A DNA stretch of 54,466 nucleotides, filler included, from Porpidia crustulata (taxonomy: Eukaryota): NCBI GenBank assembly GCA_964255105.1. It is 3 parts of 3 records of this genome, joined end to end, with 100 filler letters (N's around TTAATTAATTAA, not from the genome) between each part and the next. Parts side by side here need not be neighbours in the genome. Positions count along the whole stretch, not along the records: positions 1 to 18,114 come from CAXUWE010000192.1; positions 18,215 to 36,304 come from CAXUWE010000193.1; 1 more part is not named here. The stretch is one strand, 5' to 3'. The position numbers were made by a program, and so were the translations under genes. Positions 11,438 to 24,900 of the stretch are shown here, in pieces (within the stretch, counting starts at the first letter, position 1; each line of letters starts with the position of its first letter). The notes under the pieces were generated by a model, which was given only the letters and a program-made list of their open reading frames with translations, did not search any database and was not told the origin of the DNA.

Positions 11438-12100
11438 GAAGAAATTCAGAAACGCGTCGAACGCGGTTGATTCAGGGGAAGTTCTATGAATACACTTTTG
11501 CCACTGGTTTGACAACGGATATTCTGGATAAGGTGGGCTCAATAAGCAAGGACACGTGATTATTTGGGGTCACTTTCCTATCAACGATTTCAGGACTCAC
11601 GGAGGAGCTAGAACGGAGGCCATCTGGCGTAGATGAGTGGATACGCGCATACTTTTGCGAGGCGGGTAACTCTTTTTACGTATACCTGCGCTCCAGTGTC
11701 CAGCGTTTCAGCGGGAGGTGTTTGTGTTTGAGGTTTGCCGTCGAGGCTTAATTTTTACATATCCCACACGCGCTTGTTTATTTTTTCCAGCTCGAGAAGA
11801 TGGATGTATCGTAGAACTGAATTGTAAGGTCAGAGCATTACAGTGCTGATCGAGGGAGTCGTGTGGAGGTGACGGGGATGAGGGTTTACGGATCGGACTT
11901 TTCCATAATCGTCCCTCGCACTTTTTATTACAGAATTTTGTATCACCATGAGTTGAGGTATTGATCTTCACACTAATACAGCAGAAATGCCTATGGAAAT
12001 TTGCGATAACCTTCTCTTCAGCCAAACCCCTTTCTCTTCTCTGACAAGGATTACTTAAGCGCGTATCCTGAGTTGAAGCGAACGGGACTGTTCCGCAGTG

Positions 12101-12169
12101 TGACGTCAAAATGAGGATCAGCCCTAATTCGAGGCACAGCTGCCGGGAACCTATCATCTACCTGACGTA
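12101..12169. promoter_or_regulatory. Two CRE/ATF-type bZIP sites upstream of the DUF726 gene
   Basis: Perfect palindrome TGACGTCA at 12101-12108 and TGACGTA at 12163-12169, about 95-160 nt before the ATG at 12263. Motif match only. Confidence 0.35.
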
Positions 12170-12262
12170 TGGAGCTATTGGACAGCTGTCTGTTTAGACC
12201 AAATTCTTTCTTCAATCTTTCATTGTCTGGATCTCCCTAGAAAAATACAATACCCTTTCACA

Positions 12263-14621
12263 ATGTTCAAACACGTTCCTTGGGGCTCCAACGAGGGCAA
12301 TGAAACGCAAGCGAAGCATGACGAAAATGGAGGGGAGTCCTTGACGACAATTCTCGATACACACCAGCGGGGCGAGCTTACTATCCTCATAGCTAGTGCC
12401 ACGGCTGCGATGCGTAGAACCATTGAGTTGAATTTTGATGCTTCCGTGAGTTGCGCGGAGAAAAGTAAGAGTAATATTTGGCTGACAGCTTTAGGCAACG
12501 CTTCCCGCCAAGCCAGATCATGCTCTTTCGGACGAAGAAAAGATAATGAACGCCGACATTGATCCTGGGTCCGTTGATGTTGAGCAATTCGAACGTGAGC
12601 GAAAGCTTAGGGAACAAGGGGAGAAGGAGCTCGGTGCCCCAAGAATGAAGGAGCTCAAAGAAGCTTCGTTGACATATTTTGATAATTGGCGAATGAAGGT
12701 TATGGAGCGGGTGGGAACGGTTGTCAATTCTAAGGAGACTGCATCTTCTCAGATGAAGGCTACTCCCGCACCCTCTCTAGCTCCCCAATCTTTAGATAAG
12801 GCAATCGAGCCGGAGAAGACTGGCTCTCGAGATACTTCGCCTGGTTCTGTCCTGACAACTCTATACCCTCCAATACAAACGGAGCTGTCCTCACTCGAAG
12901 AACCAACCAAAATATTGATTGTTCATTCGGTCCTTTTACTTCTACTTTCTCTAGAACACTATGTTGCACCATCCCGCGTCCTTCTCCTGTACCTGACATC
13001 GTCCCTTCACCTACCGCTATCAGTCCTTATATCTGACGAAGAAAAGGTTGCAAAAGGTCTTCTTGAAGCTGCTAAACAGATGTCTGGGGAGACGGAAACT
13101 CAAAAAAAAGCCGAAGAGAACAAGCAGTCACGGAAATGGAAGGTGGGTATAGCGTCTGTTGCGGGTGCAGCACTTATCGGTGTAACGGGTGGACTGGCTG
13201 CACCGTTGGTTGCAGCAGGAGTTGGCAGTGTCATGGGTGGACTCGGCCTCGGTGCCACAGCTGCAGCAGGATACCTCGGCAGCGTAGCTGGTAGCACGCT
13301 TATAGTCGGAGGGCTCTTTGGTGCATATGGCGGTAAGATGACCGGGCAGATGATGGACGCCTATGCGCGAGAGGTTCAAGATTTTGCTTTCCTCCCAGTG
13401 CACGGGAACCATGAGGAGCAAAACGAAAAGCACCACGGCGCGAAGCACGACGGCAAGCCCCCAACGAGCTTTGACCAAATGGATGCAGTGGTAGACCGAA
13501 ATGTCGACCAGGGGCACCTATCTCACACCGAGGAAAAAGCAATGTCTGACCCTTCATCTCGCCGACTCCGAGTGACTATCGGGATAACCGGCTGGCTTAC
13601 GTCGAAAACCGAAATTCTAACCCCTTGGCACGTCCTTGCCCCCACCACTTCCGAAGTCTTCGCCCTCCGCTGGGAACTCGAAGCCCTACTCAACCTTGGA
13701 AATTCCATGATTGCTATGGTAAGTAGTGCGGCCTGGGGCTACGCCAAAAACGAGATGATCAAGCGCACGATCTTCGCGGAATTAATGGCCGCGATGTGGC
13801 CTGTAGCGCTTCTCAAAGTCTCAAGAGTTGTCGATAACCCGTTCAGCGTCGCAAAGAGTAGAGCAGATAAGGCTGGGGAAGTGCTGGCTGATGCTATCAT
13901 CAACAAGGCCCAAGGCGAGCGCCCAGTAAGCCTAATTGGATACTCTCTTGGAGCCCGAGTCATCTACACGTGCCTCAAAACCCTCGCACGCCGTCACGCT
14001 TTCGGGCTCATTGAATCTGTGGTCCTGATCGGCGCCCCAGCGCCCAGCGATACAAACGATTGGCGCATCATACGCAGCGTTGTATCTAGCCGTCTCGTGA
14101 ATGTTTACAGCGAGAACGATTACGTTCTTGGGTTCCTATACCGGACGAGTAGTATCCAATATGGCGTCGCAGGTCTGCAGAAGATCGAAGGCTTGAGTGC
14201 AGTGGAAAATGTAGATGCTAGCGAGATCGTCAGTGGACATTTGAGATACCGTTATTTGACCGGGCATATTTTGCAGAGGATTGGGTTCGAAGGGATTTCT
14301 GTAGAACAGGTCCAAAAGGAACAGAAAGCATTGCAGAAGATGGATGAGGAGGAAGCGGAGAAGAGAAAAAGAGCTGCGGATACTGAAAGCAAAGTCGGCA
14401 CCAACGAAGAGGAGGAAGCAGCGACGATGGAAAAGGAGGTGCAAGAGAAGACAGATAAAGGATTGGTGTCCAGTGCGATGTCGTATGTGCCTAGGAGACT
14501 TCAAAGAGGAGAGTCACACCATGGCGATGAGCGATCAAGGGCGGAGGAGACAAAGGCTATGTTAAAGAAAGATGAACAGGCCGAGGCCGAGAGGAGAAAG
14601 GCGGAGCTACCGATAAGATAA
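12263..14621 (+). CDS. DUF726 / TMCO4 (yeast Mil1-like) alpha/beta-hydrolase-fold membrane protein, ~769 aa
   Basis: Exons 12263-12445 and 12495-14621, intron 12446-12494 (GTGAGT..GCTGAC..TTAG). Gly/Ala-rich ALIGVTGGLAAPLVAAGVGS segment, FALRWE, and a GxSxG-type RPVSLIGYSLGARVI motif. Confidence 0.9.
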
Positions 14622-15426
14622 AGTACTAGACAAAGCAAAACGGCGTGCGATGGAACCAAAAGTTACATAAGAAACGGAGGTTAAGGAAATTCAGGTAGAC
14701 CATTGGAGAAGTCAAGGGCTCACGGCAGATGATTTATGACAGGCTCAATGTAAGCTACGGAATAACGGAATATACGCAAGAAGGGTTATGGGTTTTCACA
14801 TTTGTATCCAACAATATTTGATCTTATAGATTGCAGAAGTACTTAGCAGCTTTATTGCTAACAGCGAATATCACTCGCACAGTAACGTTCGATCACTGCG
14901 ATGATGGATGGTCGCTCATGCTGGTCCGCGGGTCTGGATTAACAATGGGTTTCATAGGAGTCAAAGGCGGTTATAAGAACTTGTTCACCTGAATGGTCTG
15001 TTGAAAGCAGATGATAAATGAGGGTGTCAAATATAACCTGGATCCTTCACGAGCTACAACAGGCTGATAAAACAAAGATTGCATTGCACTTAGCGTCCTC
15101 TTCATGAACATCAAGTGGTCTTAAAAGGAGGAATGGTATGACATATTCACTTTTTTGGAAATTTGTACTGTATAGTTGTACTTCATCTCTTCGAAAAGCC
15201 AGTTTTGGTTGTCTTAGGAAGGTCCGTTGAGACCTTCGGACTCAATAGTTAGTGCAGGCACACCTATAGTACTACTCTAGGTATTTGATACGGAATGGAA
15301 GACCCTGAGCGCGCTTATTAAGAAGCGCCGGACGTTGCGGCGGTTGTTTTATCCCGAAGCCGCAATTTGAAGCTTTGTCAATCAGCATCAACCCAGATAT
15401 TCTATGTCCCGAGGCATAGTGACTTG

Positions 15427-18114
15427 ATGCGTACCTCTGTCTGGCGAGCTGCTAGGGTAACTCATCACTATCCCCGCCCTCAAATTTGCCGCTTCATCGT
15501 TGGCCGCCGTTTTCCACTTCGACGCCCGTTCGGTTCATCCTCAGCCCGGCACCAGCAAGATGATCCTCCGAGCGCGCCGGAGACGACATGGAATCACATC
15601 ACCGAGAATCAAACCCCCATACCGAAAATATACGACAACATACAAGAGACGGAAAGCAGCGCAGAAGGAGGTGACGGCACACCTCTCAGACCGACCAGGC
15701 CGGCGGAGAGAAGCTACTATGGTTCTGGTATCAAGAGAGCCACCAGGAATATAACGAAAAAGAAGGAAATTCCTTCATTTCAAATTCCACGATGGTTCAT
15801 GGACAGGAATGTGGTTCTTCGGGAATCCTTTGTCAAGAAGACGGACGAGGCTCCCACGGAGCCTCCACTGCACGACGATTTCGTCAAGCCTCATTTAGCT
15901 GAAGGTCTGGCACCTCCGACTAGTCCAGACGTAGTCTCCAAATCTGAGCCCAAGACTGCTGTCACCACACCGAAAGAAGGCTCACCGGTGTCTCACAGGA
16001 GATCGGTCGGCAGAGAGCCGCCCGTTGAGGTGCAGATCCTCGCTGAGATAGACATGCTAGTATCGGCGGGTCTCCAAGTACCTACGGTAGAGAATTCTCA
16101 TAGCTGGAAATCTTCGAGACCGCATCTCGTACTGCACTGTCCAAAGGACGGTGGCAATCGATACCTAGGCAAATTAGTCAAAGGAATGACAAAATCATAC
16201 GCGTCGGACCTAATTAAGCTTGACGCACAAGACATCGCCCAAATTGGAAGCAAGTATCTGGATGACCCAAGCAAAATTTCAATTGCCAATTCCTTGAGTT
16301 CGCTGGGCTATGATGCTCATTTAATGACTACGTCTAGTGGCTCACAATGGGCCGAGGAGTCAGCGGACGAAGAAGAGTATGCTGAGCCTGAAGATGAGGA
16401 TGACAAGGGCCGGGCTAACAGTACGCCATTTCAACAAGGAAGCACAGGTATATTACCTATTGCAAGTTTTAATGCAGACATGCTTAAGAATTTACCTCAA
16501 ATACTTTTTTCTGGTGTACCGCGATCGAGTTCCTCATCAAGGGTGGTAAAAGTAACTGCGCCACCCACCGAGCAAGAGCTCAAGACGAGTATGTTCGTAG
16601 AGACTTTGCTTGATGCTTGCGAGATCAAAAGGAGGGCAGACTCTGATCTCTCGAAGTTTAATGAGTCTCAACCTGCACAGGAGTTGGGGGATGCAGGACT
16701 TCCTGATAGTCTTTTCGTCGAACAACCTGCGTTAAATAGCTTATCCACCAACCTCATCTTGAAACCACGCACTCTGATAGTACACATCGAAGATTACACG
16801 GAGATCAATGCAACTTTTAGCGGTGGAAAACTTCTTGACAAGATGCATGAAATTGTAGCCCGGAGGCGGAAAGAAGGCCAGAAGATTTTAATCATAGGTA
16901 CTACTTCTTCTCAAGATCTCACTCCATCTCTGTCGGAATCAGGCTTCAAGGAGCTCCAGTCACAACAGGAGAGCGGATCAACAAGGACCATAATTACCCC
17001 CCTGAACGTAGCGAAACCGACGCTTGATCACGACCGCAAACACAGGATCCGGATGATTAATCAGCGACATCTTCAGGATATGTTACGTCGCCTTGCTGCC
17101 GACCCTTCACGGGTTGAAAATCTCGCGTCTCAAGAGAAACTGGGTCTGGCATCGTCGGTGGTATTTCTTTCTGAGATGATGGACTCCATATGGCCCATGG
17201 ACCGCGTACACCGCGCTGCTACTGTCGCACTTGGCTCACTAGGCAATGACGTAGAAATTACCACCAAGCACATTGAAGACGCGTTGGCATTAATAGAGCT
17301 CAGCGATACCAAGAAGCTTGAATGGGTCACGAAAGAGAACGAGAAAGAAAAAGGACGAAAAGCAGACCTACAGAAGAAGCCCAATAGACCAGGGATGGCC
17401 ATAACACCCGATGAGAGCGAGGACCGAATGAAGAGGTTACGCAAAACTTGTAATAAGCACGAGCAGAAGCTGCTAAATGGGGTGGTTGACTCCAACAGTA
17501 TTCGTACTACTTTTGCGGATGTTCGAGCCCCGCCGGCGACTATAGAGGCTTTAAAGACCCTGACTTCCCTGTCCTTGGTCCGCCCAGATGCTTTTACATA
17601 TGGCGTTCTCGCGACAGACAAGATCCCAGGTCTCCTGTTATACGGGCCTCCTGGAACAGGAAAGACGCTACTAGCAAAGGCTGTTGCGAAAGAAAGCGGA
17701 GCAACGGTACTCGAAGTCAGCGGATCTGGTAAGCATCGTATTGCACGCACTTCAATGATACTACTAACGCCATCCAGATGTCTACGACATGTATGTCGGC
17801 GAAGGCGAGAAAAACGTCAAAGCCATCTTCAGCCTCGCCAAGAAACTCGCCCCTTGCATCGTCTTCATCGACGAAGCCGACGCCATCCTCGGCTCCCGCA
17901 GTGGCTCCGGCAACCGCAACTCCCACCGCGAACTCATCAACCAATTCCTCCGCGAATGGGACGGAATGAACGAACTCTCCGCCTTCATCATGGTCGCGAC
18001 CAATCGCCCCTTCGACCTCGACGAGGCCTCCCTCCGCCGCCTCCCGCGCCGCCTCCTCGTCGACCTTCCCGTCGAAAAAGACCGCGAGGAAATCCTCCGC
18101 ATACACCTCAAAGA
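15427..18114 (+). CDS. Msp1/ATAD1-related AAA ATPase with long N-terminal extension and probable mitochondrial presequence; 3' end lost in the gap
   Basis: Exons 15427-17728 and 17778->18114, intron 17729-17777 (GTAAGC..CTAAC..CCAG). Walker A GPPGTGKT, spliced SDVYDMYVGEGEKNV pore loop, Walker B IVFIDEAD, SRH VATNRPFDLDEASLRRLPRR. Arg/Ser-rich N-terminus MRTSVWRAAR. Confidence 0.9.
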
Positions 18115-18214
18115 NNNNNNNNNNNNNNNNNNNNNNNNNNNNNNNNNNNNNNNNNNNNTTAATTAATTAANNNNNNNNNNNNNNNNNNNNNNNNNNNNNN
18201 NNNNNNNNNNNNNN
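18115..18214. other. Artificial contig linker / assembly gap
   Basis: Exactly 44 N + TTAATTAATTAA (stops in all six frames) + 44 N; identical to the second gap. Confidence 0.98.
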
Positions 18215-18932
18215 CCAAACCTCCACCCGCGACACGAGATAGACGCCTGGAGGAAATGAGTGCTCTGAAGCAAGACATGCCTGCGGAAAAGAGAACGGGA
18301 AGGAAGCGTAGGGATGATACAGAGGACAAGGTATACAATGTCAGTGGCCGACCTGTCTAGCCGTTTTTCATCCCGTGGCAAGAGGTTCGTTGCGCTTTTG
18401 CGGGCTTAGGACGTTAAAGAGAAGAAGAAAGAATATAGCCACGCCGTCGCAGGAACTTTGGGTCTTGTCTTGCTGGAAATGGGGGTATGATTTTGGACAA
18501 AGTGCAGGCATAAGAGCTGTTTCGGGACGAAGATCAAATCGTAGTATAATCAACATTTATCCCACACTGAGGCACCTTCATTCATAGAAAATTTTTGCTC
18601 TCGATTAAGCCCGTGGCTATGTACACGCTTTCTCCACCCCCGATCGACATCTCCAGCCCAAAGCCCAGGGGTCCGACAGCAGCCGACCTGCACGTCGGCC
18701 GCCGTTGCCCCCCCATCTCCATGAGCTGCTAAGCTTCCTCCAATCAATCTGGTAATAATTTCCGACCCCGGTGAATATCACAGGGACAAAAAAGTATTGT
18801 GTGAGAAATAAGAGGGAGCCCGGATTTCGCATTCTATGTTCCGACTACAACATGCACCCGCTAAAATTCACCGGCACGCTCGAAAACCACAAAAAAAGCG
18901 CCTGAGTAGATGCAAATGCCGATTCGAGCCTT

Positions 18933-21900
18933 CTAGGCAAAGCCAAAGTATTCGCCTCCGGCTGTCATGGCGGTGTAGACCTGCTGCCTTAGGGACTCGT
19001 AGCTTTCGTACTCTGGGAGGTCGAGTTCTAGGCGGGTTTGAAATTAGCTTGGGATCCATATCTAGCTATGAAGAAGTAGCAACTTACGATTGAAGCAAGT
19101 GTGTGAGCTTGGTAACCTGTCTTTGCTACCATAGTCGCGGTGAATATTGAACCGGCTGAACCCATTCATCCCTTCGAGCTGGCCGAACCCACTGAGCGGC
19201 ACTTTACTAGTACCGGTGACAAATTGGAGAAGCTTGGCTCGTTCTTCCTTGTCAAATGAACGGACGGCACGCCAAAACCATTGAATCTGCGGCGATGCTG
19301 CTGAGTAGTTGTGATAGTCGGTGTGATTCTTCCAATCGTCGACGTCAATATCCGGGAGGCCGGAGATTAGTAGCTCTAATTCTTGCTCATTGAAGATTGA
19401 AATTAGCTCAGCTGGTACGATGTCGTGGAAGCCTGTGCTTATTAGCGCTGATGATAATCAATAGGAGTACTGCACGATTACCTTTCAAGAAATTCTCAAG
19501 CTGCTCTTTTACAGATTCTATCATACGGTATTCGATCATATGCTGAACATAATCTTGCTTGTTTTCTTCTGTGACCGGAATGTTGCGACCATTTTCAATC
19601 AGATCAACAATCTTGATGACACCAAAGTTGTCCGTCTCGACAGAGAAGCTATCCGTGATTACATCGCTAATGTCGTTCTCTAACATCCACAGTAATGATT
19701 TGTAAAATTGAAGGTCCAGCGTTTCCATGTCCTTGATTGAGACTGTCTTGCCTAAGATGCGCTTATAGACAGCTCTACTGAAATGGCAATCTAAAGCGCG
19801 GCCCTCATAGAGTGCTTTGCCAATGATGCGACCAATAAATTTGAAGAACATGAGATGCTCCTCATTCACGCCACTCATCACATTTGGATGGAATGTTGTG
19901 CGATCGGCGGCAACAGGGAGGAAGAGGTAGTAGTCAGGGTTGAACATCTGTCGTGATAGAACTTGGAACCATTCTCGCGTAACACCACCTGCGTCTACGC
20001 CCTCTTCGCCATGGAAGCGTATGCTAAGCTTGCCATACTTGACCTCATCTGGGTTCTTGAATGACAAGAGTTTGAAGGAATCGAGGAACACTTGGTCGCG
20101 ACGTACAGAGAGTTGCAGAGGCGGCTGTGGATGTCTTGCCTCGTTACCACGGGAATGAAGGCGTCGTGTGAAGTAGTTACGTTTGTTGTCAAATTCAAGC
20201 ACTTTTGGATTCTTGACGAGCAACGAGAATGTTCCGCTCATAAGTTTAGGGTTATGGCGGACAAGGTCATTCAAGATCTTACGATGATCTTCAGTGAAGC
20301 GGAAGAAGAGGCTCTCCATTCGCGATTCAGGAGGAGGGCTTGTGATGGCGAATTCCTTGGCCGCCTTGATCAGTGGTGCATCCTTGAGCGTGGTGTTCTT
20401 ACAAACCACCATTAGTGCCTCGATGAGCGGTAGCAAAATAGTAGCAATGTTCAACATGCCATCGCCTTGGCGAAGGGAGCTTAGGCAGTCGCTCAGTCTA
20501 GTCCAGAGCGGTCCAAATGTCGAGTTTTCATATAGTGTAGTGAGCACGTCGTCTTTCTGTGCAGAAACCTTATCCGAGCTTATTTGGTCGTCGGTAGCAG
20601 GCTTGGTCTTGCCACCATTTCGTTTGGGATCAAACAAATAATCAAGTGCAGTGAGAACCCGAAGGAGTTTGGCCTGGTCCGAAGAAGCGGGAGAGAATTT
20701 GGCCAAAGCTATGCCTTGCACGTCCGTGCCAGACTCAGCTTCTTGGATCTGAGGCACTAATTTATCGAGGTCTTTAAGAATTGATTGAGCTAGGTCTTGA
20801 GCTTGCTCAATTAATCCTTTCCCAAAAATATCCTTAGCTCCTGGGATCGCCGAAAGATTATTGATGGTTGATAAGGTGTCTCGGAAGGTTTTTGCAGTAC
20901 ATTCACGAGCGGCTAGAATGCTGACAACGAGCCGAAGGTTCTCTTCAGGGACAACAGGGGGTGTAAGGGTTCGTTGCTTTTTCACCTTCTCTTCTTCAGT
21001 AGAACTCTGAGGCTTATCCAGCTTGATATTGGCGTCGCTCGAGGGATTCTCTTGGATTGCCGTATGAGTGGATTGCGTTCCAAGTGCATCTACTTCGGTG
21101 TCAGGCAATGGAGGCGTAGCATCGGCCATAGAGGTATCATTAGGTTGAGCAGGTGACTGCGGGATATTGGAATTGGTCGCTACTGCCGGCGACGTTTGCT
21201 CGTCATTTACTTCGATAATTATCTCAGATGCCTCTGCTGGCTCCTCTTCTTTCTCCTTCTCTTTTCTCAGCAACATCGTCAATGGATGGGTAACACTTTG
21301 CAAAAGGCTCGATAGCTGCTCCATACAGCTTGAGCTCTCCATAATCAACTTCCGATCAAGTAGGCTTAGTAGGGCATTAAGAGCATATTTTGATGCTTTG
21401 CTCTCCTTTCCTTTTCCCTTGCGACTTGGTTTTGTTTTCAATCCTGAGGATCCCTCATGTTCTGTGAGGAAGAAGGACGGAATATGAGGATTATACTGCG
21501 TAAGGTAAACCAAGGCACTTAAACACTGTTGAATTACCATCAAAGGGGTCATCTCAGTGCTATTTGGTGCTAGAGCTGGCCCAGTGGACGCTCGTTTGAG
21601 AGTTTGAGGTGTCCTCTGCACAGCCGGTTGCTTTGCTCGGAGTGACAAATGCGTGAAGCTTCGCTCGATTGCGTTGACATCAGCACTACCATCTTGGAGT
21701 ATTGAAAGCAATAGGCTGACCACCTCTGCACGGTTTTGTCGGTTCTGTGATACATCGTGGAGGATGCCATTTAATGACTGACGCGAACTCCCCTGCTGTG
21801 GAATGAACATGAGACGCAGTAATGTTGCCACGCCAGCCTTGTCCAGCATTTGAATAATCTGCCTCTTTGGGGGCTTCTTAATTACCACTTGTGCTTGTAC

Positions 21901-24900
21901 TCGCTGAGCCTCGCGTTCAAGGGCCCGTAACCGCTCAACGCCTCGAGGGCCGTATCCTTCTCCCAGCCGGTGAAGGGTCCGATGATCGCTTCCCAAAGCC
22001 CGAGCCTCGGCAGCAATGGCTTGAGGAAGTTGCGCGAGGACCTCTTCATCCTGCTCCATGAGGACCGATTGCCGTAGACTCGGATCTAAAGATGCCAAGA
22101 AACTCGCTGGATCCATTTCCTCTCCACGATTAACAGAGCTACCATTGTTTGCTGCGGCTCTACGTCGAGCCTCCTCTCTTTCTCTTCGTCGACGATCTTG
22201 CGCCTCCTGTTGTAAAAGTTCGTCACGGATATCGGGAGGTAGAGCTTCAAGAAATTCGCGACTAATGTCTGTTGGCTCCTCCCCTGCTGCGGCAGCTTGT
22301 GATCGCTGTAGGGCGACTTGACTCATGAGCACTTCCTCACGAAGATCTTCGGGTAGAGCATCAAGATACTCTAGGTCAACACCCATACCAGTTATATCGA
22401 GCTCACGCCCACGGATGGTCGTTCGGACTCGCTCTGTCGGCGCCGATGGTGAAGCCGAAGGTTCTTCTACGGCGGCCGGACCTGCAGTTTCTTCAGTGGG
22501 CGCCGAAGGAGCGCCCTCAATGTCTGTGTGCTCGACACCCTCCATAGCCTCTCCATCTGCTGGCTCAGCTTGTTTCTCGCCACCCTCCTCTAGATTTGGA
22601 GCTGCAGCCGCTGCAGCGGCAGCTGCTTCACGTTCCTCCTGTTCTCTCTTTTCCTTTGCTTCCTCTTCCGCCTTTGCTTTCGCCAGTCGCTCCTCTTCTA
22701 TCTTTTTCTCACGCTCCTCTCTAGTTCGTTTGGCTTCTTCCTCATCGCGCTGCTTTCTCTCAACCGCTGGTGGCACTAAGATCCTAAGAACGGTGTGTAT
22801 TATACGGAGAGCCTTCTCAGCGTGGGCATTACCAAAGAGAAGGCGAGCTTCCTCCTGCCAACGATGCGAAGTAGAGGAGGGTATAAACGGGGTCGATTGT
22901 GTGCTTTCATCTCGAGTAGTTCTACCGACATCTTGGGTGACATGCCTTAATCCTAAAACCGCCTGTAACTCGCGGGGAATAATGCCTCGCCCGCCATTAG
23001 GGACATGGATGTGCATTGCGCCATGAGGACCGCCCATTGTTGCAAATCCGGAACCGCCCTGGCCAATTGCAGCAATAATGTTGTTCACGAATGAGACCGG
23101 GTTGTCGGCAGACGAAAGACCGCGAGGCCCAGGTTCCATACCATGAACCCAATAGTCGCTCATGCTTGCTACAGCTTCAGACATAGCCCTGGGAGTGCCT
23201 CCAAGCCTCGAACCACCGAGTCCCCCTTGACGGTCATTCCGCTGCAATAGAGGATTAACACCATCATCAGCGGCCCGTGGTACACCGGACGGTCGATGAG
23301 GTCGGTACATAGGTGATACTCTATCTGAAGGGCCGCCAGGGAATATTGTCCAAGGACTTGCAACTCGTCGAGCGTGATGATGGTGATGATGGCCACGCGG
23401 TAGTCCCATGCTGTATTCATCGTCAATGACCCAGCCTAATGGCGGCGCAGGCATTCCAGACTCTTCGTCATCATATTCAGGTTCGTAGATGACATCTTCG
23501 TCTTCCTCGTCTGCTTCATCTTCTTCGGCGTCCTCGTCATCCCTAGCTACGTCGTCCATATAACCGTCGCCATCAATTTCCATCGACATATCAGGGCCTT
23601 CAAGTTGGCGAAGACTGGCTTCTACACCCAATTCTCTAACCATATCCCTGACAGCGCTCCCAGGATCTTGATCTTGGCTAAGGTCGGCTTCCAGCCCATC
23701 TTCTTCGCCGTTGTAATCCCCGCCTTCCTCGTCATCATCCTGCCAGCCTTCTTCGTCCACATCGGCTAGGCTATCATTTAGACTATCCCCAGTGATTTCG
23801 TCGATGACCTCAATATCCTCTCCATCATCATCCATGTCATCAGAGTCATCTGGATCGTCATCATCGTCATCATCGTCGCTTACATCCTCGTCATCGCCGT
23901 TAATCACCACTTCTACCTCCATGCCTGCATCTCCCGATAAGCCTTCCATTGGACCTACCCCTTCAATTTCTTCCTCTTCGTCACTAATGACTTCGTCGCC
24001 ATCACGCTCTATCTCCTCTTCGTAGTCGATTTCCTCCTCATATTCATCATCAAATATTTCCTCGTCACCTTCCGATGACTCTGAACTCGATTCTTCCTCT
24101 CGCCCTGGTTCAAACATTCCAAGAGTTGAATTTCTGAAAAGATCGGGTGTTTCTTCTCGCTCATTGTCCATCTCAGATACCGAAGTGGCGGTTGAAATTT
24201 CGTCATCATCTGCCTGGCCTGGAATGGAAGATATGTCAGAGGTTTCGCTCAAGACTATCGCGGTCTGCGTAAGTTGCTTCAGTGGTCTGAGGATGTACTT
24301 AACGGCCCTTTTCGACCCTGGGAAGTTGAGGTCAATGTCTGCAATTGAGCTAGTCAAGGCAGTGAGGAAGTTCTTCTCAAACATTATCTTGGCTAATTGC
24401 TTTTGAGTTGGCATATCTGGAGGGTGGCTAGCGTTGGTCTGAACCAGCTTTCCAAGTAGCATACGGTTGAAAAGTTCAGCGAGACTAAGTAAGCGAGCAT
24501 ATTTGATGTCGAGAGGCTCATTCGATGCATTTGCATCCTTGTATGCCTTCAAAGCATGTTCGAGTATAAATTTCCGAACGAAAAGAAGATCCAACTCCTT
24601 TTCCTCGTCCAGGGAGCCTCGTTTTTTCTCGTATCCGTTCTCATTAGTCTTGAGACACAGAGCTACTATAACGGCCATGGCCCAATTTGATGTGCTCGAC
24701 TTCTTGCGGAAGGAAATGTTCTCTCCGTGGCTCAGAGTACCGACGGGCACCAAGTCATTCAACAGATAGTTCAATACGCCGGATCGTGGCTTCGAAGGTG
24801 TCATGGCCTTAGGCTCGGCCTTGCGGGAGAAATTGATGAACTCAATTTTGGTACCGTTATAACTCTGCAGAAGTTCCGCCAAGCACTGAAGGATGAAACA

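Noticed and set aside
11708..12157. 149-aa minus-strand ORF, and other short intergenic ORFs (4241-4504, 31548-31946, 36525-36887, 41488-41736)
   Set aside because: No recognisable motifs or splice structure, several use non-ATG starts, and they lie in probable promoter or UTR sequence.
18159..18170. TTAATTAATTAA palindrome (also 36349-36360) as a biological element or TTAA target site
   Set aside because: Centred in identical N padding at both sites; it is a synthetic six-frame stop linker.
19166..19440. Apparent truncation or frameshift of the TOM1 HECT domain in the ORF track
   Set aside because: Introns 19481-19433 and 19087-19028 restore an intact HECT domain with its catalytic Cys.
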